Part shown: one piece after another, positions 24,101 through 36,591 of the stretch
Position numbering within the stretch: position 1 is the first letter of the stretch
Layout of the letters: every line of letters begins with the position of its first letter
From: Pocillopora damicornis
Taxonomy: Eukaryota
Reading direction: 5' to 3'
Assembly: GCF_003704095.1 (NCBI RefSeq)
Contig: NW_020844827.1
Span: forward strand, 248,001 to 311,584
DNA: 63,584 nt
The notes under the pieces: generated by a model
Database searches by the model: none
What the model was told of the DNA's origin: nothing
Seen by the model: the letters and a program-made list of their open reading frames with translations, nothing else
Program-made: the position numbers and the translations under genes

Positions 24101-25976
24101 AAAAAGTTTTCCAATAGCTTATTCATGCTTTTTATAGGACAGCACAAATGGAGAATAAAATAGTGTCAAGCAAAGTTCCTTGTTTTTTGCTGTTATATTT
24201 AACTGGAGACCAGTCATTATGTGTGTGAGTGGGAGAAGGGAGGGAATGATGAAGCCCTCCCCCTCATAGACATAAAAAACTACCCCTTCCCCTATTGGAT
24301 TATAACTGGTCCCTAAATTGTAAGGAAAATTTTGACAAATGGTTGAGGTTACAGATTACACAGAGTCCTACAACTTAGACAAACAATCTCCTTCAGTGTT
24401 CTAATTTTTTACTTTGCCCACTGATCCAATCACAATTCAATATTTTAGAGGTAAACAAAACCTTCAAAAGTATATGGTAAAAGACATGATGGATGCCTGG
24501 ATGCCACAGCAAAGAGATCTGGGTCCAAGAAATGGTAACTGGTCACTTACTAGAAAAACAAATTTTTCACCCAAATTGGCCAAGTTTTTTTCTTTTTTCA
24601 GAAAACTACTTAAACAATGTGAGAGACACAGTGGACAAAGACTCCTGATGGTCAGTGCACTGGAATCCCTGTAGAGAGTCTGGCTGCAAGACCTGGTCAC
24701 GTCAATGTGTTGTGTTCTTGGGCAAGACACTTTACTGTCCCCATGCCTCTCTCCGCCCAGCTGTATAAATGGGTATCAGTGAACTGTCATAGACACCTGA
24801 TGAAATGCTGGGGGGGGTTACCCTGTAATGGGCTGACATCCCATCCAGGGGAGTGTCCTACTTCTCCTAGTCATTTCAAGTTATTGAAACCAGGATAAAC
24901 TCATGCTAGATGGGTCACTTGGCTTGAATACAGACTGATCCCTGTACCTCCCAAGATCTCATTAGTAATCCTCTTTACTGTTTGCCAAATAATTCTCATT
25001 ATGTTAGTTTGGAGAATTTGGTATTGGATCAATTAGTAGTCCCATAACTGATATTTTTCTTTATTCTCATCACTTGTCTGCATGATATTGTATAGTTATA
25101 GTAAGGAGAAATTCTATCTTGGTCACTCATGGGAGTTAAAGGGTTAAACTAATATATAGGATATGTTGCAACTCACTCGCCAAAACAGCTCAGGTATTCT
25201 TCTACAAAATCCACATAATCCAACAAGACACTCCAGGGCTTCATCAAATCTATGGCTCAGTAAACAGTCCAGCAGCATTCTTGTGAGATACGTGATGTGC
25301 TGCAGGCGATATGATCTATTTTGACCTAATCCAGGAAACAAATTTTAAGTTTATAGATTATCAAAGACTGATTACGAAAAAATGCAAGACAAAGGAATGT
25401 ACAATTTGGTTTGATTCCTTCCATCTTTCAAAACTAAAATATTACGATAACCATTCCCAAAGTTAAAGAGTACAAACTTTAAACCAAGGATAAAATTGCA
25501 CTACAACAGAACACATTCTTTCAAGGAAGCATATTTTAAACCATACTTGGCTCGTGAAACCTCAATCAATGGGGAAAGAACCTTTCTCAACATTAACTAT
25601 AATTCGCAATTCAATAAAACATCATCTTGCATTTCTCTTAAAAAATATATCCCGTTTTCAAATCTCATTCAGCTTTGACACGTTTCTTCACTAATTATGT
25701 TTTCTTTTTGTCTAACGATGCACTTGATCAAAGCCTCCATCGTTGCAGATTTCACAGTAACCACGTGTGATTTGTGGCACAACACAAATGAATTTCATGG
25801 CGAGAAAATTTTCCCAATACACTAAAGCTACTCAAAGAGGCAAAAAATTAGTTACACTCACCTAAAGCAAAGCTATGTTGTTTTTCTCGCCATATATGCT
25901 GGAATATACAGCCTTTAAACCACGCGTGGGGAGAGTTTTCCTTGTGTCTCGACCAGTACTGTGACACGGCCGCCAT
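21131..25976 (-). CDS. TAF1A: TAF1A (TAFI48), RNA polymerase I SL1 subunit
   Basis: Exons 25862-25976 (tentative first exon), 25177-25325, 23148-23686, 22096-22229 and 21131-21468. Motifs PELFWRTGSEVL, GVWDIFITRQVEML, NPNSHRYLYYFL, LDHAAC..AWKKLA and WWPQFHF match TAF1A signatures as recalled. Confidence 0.8.
22921..23124. mobile_element. TTAA-type MITE in TAF1A intron
   Basis: TTAA|CCCTATAACTCCC ... GGGAGTTAAAGGG|TTAG. Confidence 0.8.
23855..24100. mobile_element. Fold-back repeat with degenerate hammerhead-like motifs (Penelope/retrozyme-type family)
   Basis: Inverted arms ttagtattatc...gataatactaa and tail gcagcaccacagtttctttagaaac, shared with 35150-35350, 45009-45200 and 57487-57645. 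Confidence 0.6.
24630..24940 (+). mobile_element. CORE-like tRNA-derived SINE
   Basis: Contains tgtgttgtgttcttgggcaagacactttact, resembling the MIR/CORE domain, after a degenerate tRNA-like head. Confidence 0.6.
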
Positions 25977-27357
25977 ATTCTTTGTTTTCTATGAGTTAGT
26001 GGGTTGTGTACGCTTAAGTGAAAGATACTTCACAAAATAAGGCTTGAACAGAATAAATTCTGCCTCACAATGGGAGGGAAACCGAGTAAATGAAAGCAAA
26101 TGAATGAATTAAAGTTATTGCTATATTTGTAAGGCACTAGGGTTAAGAATTTTGCTAAAAATTTTGTAAGAAAAATTAAGCTTTTAATCCACTGATCGAG
26201 AGACACTGGAAACTAGTTTTTTTAAGTTGGAAATGGCGCCCTTGCAAACTATTGATAATGCTTGGACAGATGTTTTAATATCATAAAAAGGGCGTTTCAT
26301 GAAAGAAAAATAGACAGCTGAATGTCACAGCCCTGCTGTTTTCATTGGATTAGAGTTGATTTAACTGAAAGATAGAGCTTCTTTGAATCAGACATCCCTA
26401 CGGCACGGTACCTTGGGACAAGGTAAGTCATTTGAGACTATTTTGAGCGATTATCTTTGATTTTTTAGCGCGTCAGACTTGTCGGTTGAGTATCAACCCT
26501 AAAATTGACGCCGCACAAATAATATTTTGAACGTTAGTCTTCTGATCCAAGCACCTTCTTCAATTTGTAAACTTAAGAGGCTAAATTGTTCGTTTGATCG
26601 TTGTGTTAGCAGTAACTTTTGCGTGTGAAATCTCTACGCAAAAGTCAGAAGGTAATATTTTCAATCCGATTTTTGCATTACTCTTTTATGAAGCTGTAAC
26701 GTATACGAGCAGACAATTCATTCAAGCGCGATTAATTTTTAAAATCTCAATTTAATTTCGTGAATATTGAATTAATTGTCGATAATTTTTTTTTCATTTA
26801 ATTTAAAGCGCATTTTGATTTCAAATGTTTTTTTATGTTTTGAGAGGAGACTCAAAACACAGTGGTCTTTTCTGAGAAATGTTTTAATTAAATTGAGGGA
26901 AAAAAAGGATAAGATAAGAAAAGAAACATGGTTTTAACTTGCAGATGTAGATGTCTTCCATTGTGAATAAAGGTGATAACTGATTGTGACCCAAAAAGTA
27001 CATTTTGAAGGCTGTATACTCATCTTCCATACGTTGTTAAGAAGAAGTCCAAATAATCGTGGGAACCCTTGAGTTACCAGGACTTAATTTCTCCTCACAA
27101 TCAAATCAATATAATATCAAGCAGATAAGTGATGAGAATAACATAAATGATTAATTAGGATACGATCCAATAACAAATTCTCCAAAGTAATATCATAGGA
27201 AAGGGTATGGCAGACCGTAGGAAGAATTTCTAAAGGGCATCTTTCATGCTCTTCAAACTTCCAGCATAAATGATATCTTAATAAAGCCAGGCTGATGTGT
27301 TTCAAATAATAATGTGAATAGACATAAATTTATCTTAATAAATCATAGTTTTTCAGA

Positions 27358-30300
27358 ATGGGTAAAGTAGTTGCAGTAGCAGAAGAAAAGAAGCCTCGTT
27401 CAGCTGTGCAGGAGAAACCAAGCTTGTGGAATAAGTTCTTGATGTTTATGCTGTCACCAGCTGATCCATCCAATCTTGCTGTGTTGAGAATTGCATTTGG
27501 TATGTTTAGTTTTTACTGATCATATTTTATATATAATAGTAAATTTCTCTACCAGGTAACCCTTAAATGCAAACATCAGTTTTCTTAAGAAAGATGTTTT
27601 TTTGTCTTGTCACGAGCATGGAACAAAGAAAAAATTCTGAGTCCCCATGAGGAATCAAACCTCAGACCTTTGGATTTGCGCTCCGATGCTCTACCACTGA
27701 GCCACAGAGACTTTACGGTGAGCGAGGTCTACAACAAAGAGTCTCTGTGGCTCAGTGGTAGAGCATCGGAATGCAAATCCAAAGGTCTGAGATTCAATTC
27801 CTCATGGGGACTCATAATTTTTTCTTTGTCCCATGCTTGTGACATTAGATGAAAAAACATCTTTCTTAATTCTTTACCAAGATCAAAACTTACCATCTCT
27901 ACTATTTCTATCAGTTTTCTTGTTCTCCATACTGTTTTTTTACATTTCCTTATGTACTGACAAGGAGAATTTGTTCAACAATCAAGTCCTCCTTTAGGTG
28001 GTGATCATTTTTTTATTCTCATGACCTGAATGTTTGATTAAGGGTAGACACTTTTGGGAGAAATTAGATGCTTATCACTATTCCTAATATTTGCTCAAAT
28101 TACCTCCCATAGGTGACCAAGATAGAATTTCCCTCTACAATATCAATACAGTATTAAGCAGACAAGTTATTAGAATAAAGAAAAATATCAATCAGGGGAT
28201 TATTAGTTGATCCAATACCAAATTGTCAGAACTAATATTATGAGAATTGTATGGCAGACAGTAAGGAGAATTACTAATGAGATCTTGTTCTCCAGGATTG
28301 CTCATGATGGTTGACATTCCTCAAGAGCGCAGCATGTTATTCATTGAGGCACACTTTGGAGGAGACACCTGCCACTTTCCACTGTTCAACTTCATCAAAC
28401 CTCTAGCAGTTGACTGGATGCATGTTGTTTACCTTATTATGTTCCTTGGAGCTTGTGGAATTTTCTTGGGATTTATGTTTCGTTTAAGCTGCTTGTCCTT
28501 CTTGATAACCTACTGGTATATATTCCTGCTGGAGAAGTCCCGTTGGAATAACCATTCCTATCTGTATGGATTATTTTCAGTGATGCTTCTCCTAAGCAAT
28601 GCCAACTGTTACTGGTAAGTCTTGATCCAGTTTTGCTAAAATTAACAATTTGTTTATCTGTCAGCATGCCTCATGGAAATTGAAGTATGTGGAAGTTTGT
28701 GAGCAGGCTTCCTCTTTATTTGCACAGCAAGATGCAAGTTTCTCTGCCCACCTGCAGGGAGACTTGAGATAAATCAGGGAGAGTTTTGCTGCGGAATGTT
28801 GAAGCTTTGAATTGATTGACGCATAAGATACACTGGTGAATTCTGATTTGGTGGTTTTTTTTTTTCATTCAATGATAAATGAAATGGTTATTTTTTTAAA
28901 AATATTTTCATTCCTGTTACTCATTACTTCATTTTTTTCAGGTCTGTGGATGGGATTTTAAATCCCACGATAAAGAATTCCCATGTTCCAAAGTGGAACT
29001 ATGTTTTGCTGCGTTTTCAGGTAAATTAGTTTTTTTATAGCCCATCTTCTAAGGATTATAACTATACTTATCATATACAATGTATAGTTCAAGTCCAAGG
29101 TATTTACTAGCTTAACCCTTAACAGCTAAACATCAGATGAGTGTGCATATTCTCCATACTGTTCTTTATAGATATCCTAANNNNNNNNNNNNNNNNNNNN
29201 NNNNNNNNNNNNNNNNNNNNNNNNNNNNNNNNNNNNNNNNNNNNNNNNNNNNNNNNNNNNNNNNNNNNNNNNNNNNNNNNACCCCTGCATCACAAATATT
29301 CTCTTGATTGATAAACAAATTCTCCTCATCAGCACCTTAGGAAATGTTTGGAAAACAGTATTGAGAATATGCATACTGATGTTAGGGTGAAGAGAGTTAA
29401 AGGTTATAACAATAACCGAAAATTATGTTAATCATTAATGTCAAATAAATTAGACTAAGTGAAATTAGATTTGAGGATAGTAAACACATATCTTTCTCCT
29501 TGGTAGGTGTTTCTGGTGTATTTTTACGCTGGTTTGAAGAAAATTGACATGGATTGGATGACTGGGTATTCTATGACAGGTCTCTCACGCCAATGGGTGT
29601 TTGATCCATTCCGTTCTTTCCTTGACAATGAAGCTATTGACCTTTACCTTGTCCATCTTGGAGGACTGTTCTTTGACTTGTTCGAAGGCTTTCTTCTAAT
29701 TTTTGACAAGACACGCCCCATTGGAATCTTCTTTGGAGCCATGTTCCATGGAATGAACTCTCAGATGTTTCACATTGGTATGTTTCCATACACCATGTTA
29801 GCCACTTTGTTCTTGTTTTGTGCTTATGACTGGCCCAAGAAGCTCTTTTCGTGCATGCCCACCTTCATGAACATTATTTTACCTTCAAAAGAAGAACCTC
29901 AAGTTAGTGCACATTGTGTGTATCAGGAATCAGTCGAAGGTACAGCAAATGGCAAAGAACAAAGCAGTGAACAGAAGCCTTCAAAGAAAAGTAAAACGGC
30001 AACATTTAAACAGAAGGTGTTTGTGCTCATCACTCTTGTTTATATTGGAGTCCAGCTCTTTCTTCCATATTCACACTTTGTTACAAAGGTAAGGAAAAAT
30101 ACGCGTTAGCATTGTTGTTATGCGACTTTTCAACCCTTTCACCCCCAGTTGTGATCACCAAGGAATTTCTCCTTACAATATCCATACAATTTCAAGTAAA
30201 AAGGTAACAAGAAGATAGAATAACATCAGCAAGGAGATATTGCACGATTTGACTTCTAATACTCAGAACTAGAATCACATGCAACATATGGAGATGTTGT

Positions 30301-30635
30301 AGAGAATTCATATGTAGATCTTGGGAGTTAAAGACCTAAATGAGAGAGACCTTGAATAGTATTTTTTATGTACTGATCACCAGTTTTTGACGAATTAGCC
30401 AATCGGTTTTTTCAGTTTAACCCTTTAACTCCTAGAAGTGATTAACAGGAAACTTCTCCCCATAATATCCACACATTATTCTGCAAACAGGCAATGAGAA
30501 TATTCAAACTTATCAGATAGAAGCTGCTATCTTGATCTAGCACCAAGTTCTCATAACTAATTTATAAGTAAATGTTTAGCAGCTACAGGAGAGAATTAAC
30601 AATCAGATCTTGGGAGTTAAAGGGTTAAATAAAGC

Positions 30636-30672
<37 letters not shown>

Positions 30673-32718
30673 GAATATGAAGGCGATCTTGAATACTACC
30701 TAAGCAGAAGTGAAAATAAGCACTCATGCAGTGCTCTACCAACTGAGCTGATGCTTTGTTACTGCGCAAGTGGTGTTCATTACTGCAAAGATCACTTTCC
30801 TATTCACTTCTTTATCCACAGGTCACATATATGATTTTCATATATTCATTGTCATTTGTTAGAGACCTTGCGAGCCATTTTATAAAAGTGCCAACTCTTA
30901 CTTATTTTATTTCACATCATTTGATGTCAGGGTTACAATGCATGGACCCAGGGACTGTATGGATATTCATGGGACATGATGGTACATTCCTGGAGCACTC
31001 AACATGTCAGGGTCAAAGTAGTGGACCAGGTGTCTGGAGAGGTCACCTATATAAGGCCCTCGGTAAGAATCCCAGTTTTAAAATCCTATTATAATTTTGA
31101 TCATTTAAAACATATCTTAAGTGAAACCTCATTATTATGATAGTAATCGTGAGCGTGATCGTGACAACGACAATGATCGTAATTGGGGTGACCGTGACCG
31201 TGGGTGTGATCGTGACGGTGACCGTGACCGTGGTCGTTAACGTCATCGTCATTACTTTTTGTTGTTTGTAGGCGTGGTTAAGGGAACAGCGCCAGTCACG
31301 CTGGAACTCACACCCAGACATGATCAAACAATACATGACATGTATGACTGAGAAACTGACGGCTCACCAAGATCTGAACATCACCAAACCTGCTATTTAT
31401 CTGGACGTGTGGCGCTCAATGAACAGACGCTTCCAACAGCGTATGGTGGATCCAAACGTGGACATGGTCACGGCACCGTGGTCACCGTTTAAACAGACGC
31501 CCTGGATACAGCCCCTGCTGACTGAACTATCTCCATGGCGGGAGAAGTTGGTTCAGATCAGGAAAGAGCTGAAGGAAAAGTCAAACTTCAGTGAAATTAC
31601 CTTTGTGGCGGACTTTCCTGGTCTTCTATTGGAGAATTTTGTGGACGAGGAGCTGAACACATCATTGACTCTGCTGCACGGTAAATTCTCAAAACGTCTT
31701 GAAAGTAATCCGGTTTGCATTTGTTTTGTGTAACCTCTCCTCCCACCTCACAATAAGTCCAGGAAACTAGCGCCAACTTATCAACCAATCACACGTAGAC
31801 TAGAACCAGTCACGTGTCAGCCATTGAGGTTTTTCCCGCGCTTCAGCCAGTTCGCTCATTTCCATGAACAGTCCAATTTAGTAAATTTACGTGCGCGAAT
31901 TTTGCGTCATAGCGGCTCTGTCTTATTTCACTAGAACTTTTGCGCGGGAAATTTGCAAGCGGCCGGCCAAATTGACCCATTTGCGCATGCCTTACGCTCG
32001 ACTTCTGTATTTGTACATCCAGCCGTGGCATCGAAAGAAATGCGGGCGCACAAACCCAACGCGGTCAGATACTGAATCGATTTCCACTTTCTTTTAAGGT
32101 CAAGTAAAGGTGGAGTTTAACAAAACAAACCATACAGTGGAAGTAGGCGGAGAGATCTCCATTCCGTCCAATGACACACACGTGGTATACACAGTGTCCG
32201 AAACGCCCTCGTGTTGGATGTACATATTCACTAACACGACCGAGTGGAACAACGAGACTTTAAGGAACTGGATTCTACATCCGGGTAAGTTGCTATCCAG
32301 GCTGGGAAAATTTTCAACTCTCCGGGCCACTTCTCTCATTTGTTGATTTTTCACCTTTTTTTTTCCTCTGACAGAAACGTCTCCTTCCCAGCAGAAGAAA
32401 ATGGCTCTCAAAAACTTAACCGTGTTGGAAAACTTTCGATTATTTACTTTAGACAAGTTCTTCGTCTTTCGTCAGACCTTTTTGAATACGTATTATGCTC
32501 TGGTCCATTTGACTTTTGGGATCGAGTCCGAGTATTATGACGAAGAGGATGACGGGAATTCAAGCGAGCAGGAGACTGGGCATAAAGGAGATCAGGACGA
32601 GACTCCATCCAAGGATGATGACACAAGTTATGTGGGGGACAGTGGAGAACCACATGATCAAGGAGCCGAACACAAAGAGAGTTCACAAAGAAAAGAACAG
32701 CAGAAACAAGAGTTATGA
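27358..32718 (+). CDS. GGCX: Vitamin K-dependent gamma-glutamyl carboxylase
   Basis: Exons 27358-27499, 28296-28614, 28942-29020, 29507-30088, 30931-31062, 31272-31680, 32099-32284 and 32375-32718. Hallmark motifs: [56 protein letters not shown] and FVADFPGL. Confidence 0.95.
27587..27909. mobile_element. Palindromic (head-to-head) tRNA-derived SINE insertion with 12-bp TSD, nested in a MITE
   Basis: Arms 27585-27712 and 27740-27869 are inverted repeats. The right arm has an A-box (TGGCTCAGTGG) and a B-box-like GATTCAATTCC. ATCAGTTTTCTT occurs at both 27575-27586 and 27910-27921. Confidence 0.8.
30421..30624. mobile_element. Full-length piggyBac-like MITE with TTAA TSD
   Basis: TTAA|CCCTTTAACTCC ... 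GGAGTTAAAGGG|TTAA. Confidence 0.9.
31135..31255. repeat. Degenerate (GTGACC/GTGATC)n hexamer repeat in GGCX intron
   Basis: gtgaccgtgaccgtgggtgtgatcgtgacggtgaccgtgaccgtg seen directly. Confidence 0.8.
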
Positions 32719-33920
32719 AATATTTGCTTTAGACTTTTGGTTTTTTAGATTTTGGTTTTACGTTTGAAATGAGTTAAGACAGAAGCAAGTAACTTCATAT
32801 GCTTCTGTTTATTTTAACAGTTAGCTTAAAGAGGGATAAATTAGTTAACCATATCCATAAACATGATCAAAATCTAGTTTTGGAGAGGATAAAATGTTCT
32901 GAGGTAGTTTTCTTTGAATGTTTTTCTTTGAATTCAGAAATTTTCCCTTGAATTGATTCCTCTCTGAGGTTTTGGTTGATTTTGTTGGTAACCAGTTTAC
33001 TTTCTCTTGGGGAACATGAAAATATATTTTGATTGTAATGCCTTTTTGATCTAGTCTCGTTTCCCTATATTTGATTTTGTTTGTTAGCAAGACATGTTCT
33101 CTAGAAGTTTCATTTTTAACTGAAGCCCTCCAAGGAACATATCTTTTCTTGTTGTCAAATTGTTTCAAATTTCGCAGATTTTCCATTGGTCCGCCAAAAT
33201 CCCCTTAAAAAAATGTCTTGCCCTTTATTGTGAGCGAAGGTACTCTGTTTGCAGTGCCAGTGGTACAATGTAGAAAGTCAGCCTTGTAACTTAGGTGCAT
33301 GCAGTTCGTTCTTATGGGAAATGGTTGCCAGTTCTAGGCGTTTAGTTAGTCGGCGGTGCTTTAAATAAGTTCATTCTACCTCAATCCTTCATTAATTTTG
33401 TGCGCTTCATTTACGAACTGAAAGACTCGCAGTTGGCCCAAGATCAATTACAAGAAACGAACGTGTAATGAGCTTGGGCTGCCTGTGAACGACTGAAACA
33501 GGCGGGAGACGGTCATTTGTTTCTAATCGACCAGGTAGTCCCTAAAAAAACTTATCAATTTATGTTTTAAAATCTAGCATCTGAGTAAAGAGTGGAAAGT
33601 ATGTTCAGTGAGTGCGATTTCGCGACAGCTGCCATGCGTCAAAAACCTTTAACCATCAGTAAAGTTTGTGGGTCTCAAACAATTTTCTTTTTTCTCCTCC
33701 AGCCCCTTTCCCCCTATGCTTGCTACGTCCTTCATTCCACACATCCGCCTGATCCCTCTCGACTCGTCTATTGCTTCATCCGCTTTTTACCCGCAATTTC
33801 CTCCAGATTTTAGTATTATAGGGCATTGCGTGACCCTTATTCGTGTCACGGAGCTTACGTAATTAATGCTTTGCGTAGCTGAGGGGTCTAGGCGGTTCTC
33901 ACTTAATTTTTGCGACCACC

Positions 33921-35150
33921 ATGGGTCACAAAGAGAGCGACAATGATTCGGCTGCAACTGTAGATAAAGAAGACACGCTAGAGAAGAACAGTTTAGTAAG
34001 AATAGTCGTACTTGTAAATTCGTTCTTGTTCTCGTCATGTTTTTTCATGGGTAAATCTGTTTTCCCGGTAAGTATCTGTGTGAACGTTTGCAAATGTTAC
34101 TTTAGCTAGGACCTTTGATCATCTGAGAAAGCCGATTCTCTTTTACACCTCTTCCCAATCAAGCGAAGAGAAATGCTTCGTGTTACAAAAACCGGAGAAC
34201 GACCGCGCGCGCTTCATCGGTTGTGGTTAGTTAACTTGCGCCGGCATAATTTTGTGCATAATGACACAGTTGAAGCATCGAAAATAATGCCGGCTTTATG
34301 ACGAAACTTCTTTAAAAATTCCCTCTATGTTACAGTTCAACAAGAGATAAATTCTGAAGCCTAAGTACTGTCAACAGTTAGCCAGCTTTTCATGCTGGCA
34401 CTNNNNNNNNNNNNNNNNNNNNNNNNNNNNNNNNNNNNNNNNNNNNNNNNNNNNNNNNNNNNNNNNNNNNNNNNNNNNNNNNNNNNNNNNNNNNNNNNNN
34501 NNACAAAGCAAAATGAGTAAGGACACTTACAAGATGAATGTGACCAAACCAAAAGACGAAAAAATGAAACCCAAAGCATGATATATTCCGATGTGTTCCG
34601 CAAACTAGAAAATTGACCAAATAAATTACGCATAAACAGAATATATAATATGCAAATAAATATAACAAGTATAAAACTGATAACTGACATAGGACACCAA
34701 TGAAGACAAGAAACTAAACACCTAACACAAAACTATGAAACAACAACAACAACAAAAACAAAATAATAACACAAATTTTTGCACCTACACAAGATATTAT
34801 CTTGATTGAACACCAAAAAAGAACTGTTCCTTTGGGAGCTGATTATTAAAAATGAATGCTGTCAAAGTTGTCATAGTAACCACTAGGGACCTTCCACTAT
34901 ACTTGGAAAATTTCTTCAAAAAATGACAAGGATCATATCCATAGCCTGCCTATATTAGCTTAGCCGAACTGTAGGTCCATGTTAGTTATAGTTGTTCAAA
35001 GCTTAAAATGTAGCTAAATTATGTATTACTAAGTGTTATTATGCTGTGGAGGGAACTTCACTTTCAGAATTACTTATGTTTAAAATGAGTGTTAAGAATT
35101 GTACATCTAAGGAGAAAAAATATGTGCCTAGACCACCCCAAAGAAATAAA

Positions 35151-35181
<31 letters not shown>

Positions 35182-36560
35182 GGTCGGTGGGTGAGAGTAT
35201 AGCAGGTAATTTAATGCTAACAACTGAGTTGAAAACATAAATTGGCCTCCGTAAAGGGTAAAAAAGCTGACGTTTCAAGCATTAGCCCTTCATCAGCTTT
35301 TTTATCCTTTATGGTGGCCAATTCATGTTTTAAACTCAGTTGTTAACACCCCAAAAAAGACAGATTCTGGTGACTCTCATGGTTGTTCTAAACATTTGTC
35401 AACTCACCTCTAATCAACTCTATACAAGGATACTACCTTTACACCTCCCCTCGTGATCCTTCCTATCTACCAGTGGGTTTGTCGCTGATTGTAAAATTTT
35501 ATCTTTGTAGTAGAGCATGTGGGGATGACGTTTTTTATTCTTTGCTCTCTGGAATTACTTCACTGATCCCTCAGTCAATACTAACTCTACCTTTCAGGTC
35601 TACAGATGGTGATGACTGACACATCAGATAAAGCAGGTAAAAAAAAATTTTGCAATAATTTTTCTTGACTCTAGCCTCAAAAAACTTAACTGTGAAGTAC
35701 TGACTAGAGAATATTCTAACTCAAATTTTTCCTTAGTTACCTCTAAGGTGACAATTCCTAAATCAGTTTAACTTTCCTTTTCAATAATTCAAAAATAGGT
35801 CTGCAATGTGTGCTAAAAACTGACTGAAAATTTGGATTTTGCAGGTAGAGCTGCTGCTTTGGGTAAACTTGGTCTAGCTTTCTCTCTTGGAATCATGGCT
35901 GGTCCACTCATTGGTGGCTTTGTCACAGAGAAGTTTGGTGACAATACAACTGCTTTTTTAGCTTCAATATTGTCACTGGTATCTGTTATAACAATACAGA
36001 TGTTTTTACCCAAACACACAAAGTCACTGAACAAGCTAGATGCTGCAGGTGAGTGAGGTTACAAAGTTTTAGTATAATTGCTGCAGTTATTATAGAGATG
36101 CATGCATTCTGATTGGTCAAGGATGGCTTTCATGGAATCATTATTAACTGTCTTGATGTATGTCCAATGTTTCCATCTTATTCCCCTCCATAGATTCCAA
36201 AAGCCAAGACAAATCTATTCTTACAAAAACTTATGACTTGTTAAGTATACCACAAGTGTTGTACATGTTGGTGGCACAAGCAGCTTCCTTAGCGCCAGCA
36301 ATATTGATCCAGGCCTTAGGTCCAGTTATAAACATGGAGTATTTCAAAATTGGACCAAAGGAAAATGGTTTGTTTCTTGCTGGGATTGGTGCAGCCTCTG
36401 CTGTATGTATTGTATTACTAATAATTATGTAATATTGTAATTATTATTATTTTGTAATAATAATTAATGTAATATTGTAATTATTATTGTTTTGTAATAA
36501 TAATGCATTGTGTTACCAATAACTCAAAATCATCCTTGTCATCATCATTATTACTATTGT

Positions 36561-36591
<31 letters not shown>

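Noticed and set aside
27740-27815. Functional tRNA gene
   Set aside because: It has A/B boxes but no proper cloverleaf, is followed by a SINE body, is flanked by a TSD, and has other degenerate copies (16868-17010, ~54437-54535).
19933-32718. Poly-Glu EEP fragment as a substrate of neighbouring GGCX
   Set aside because: It has no signal peptide or propeptide to reach the ER lumen, and proximity alone is not evidence.
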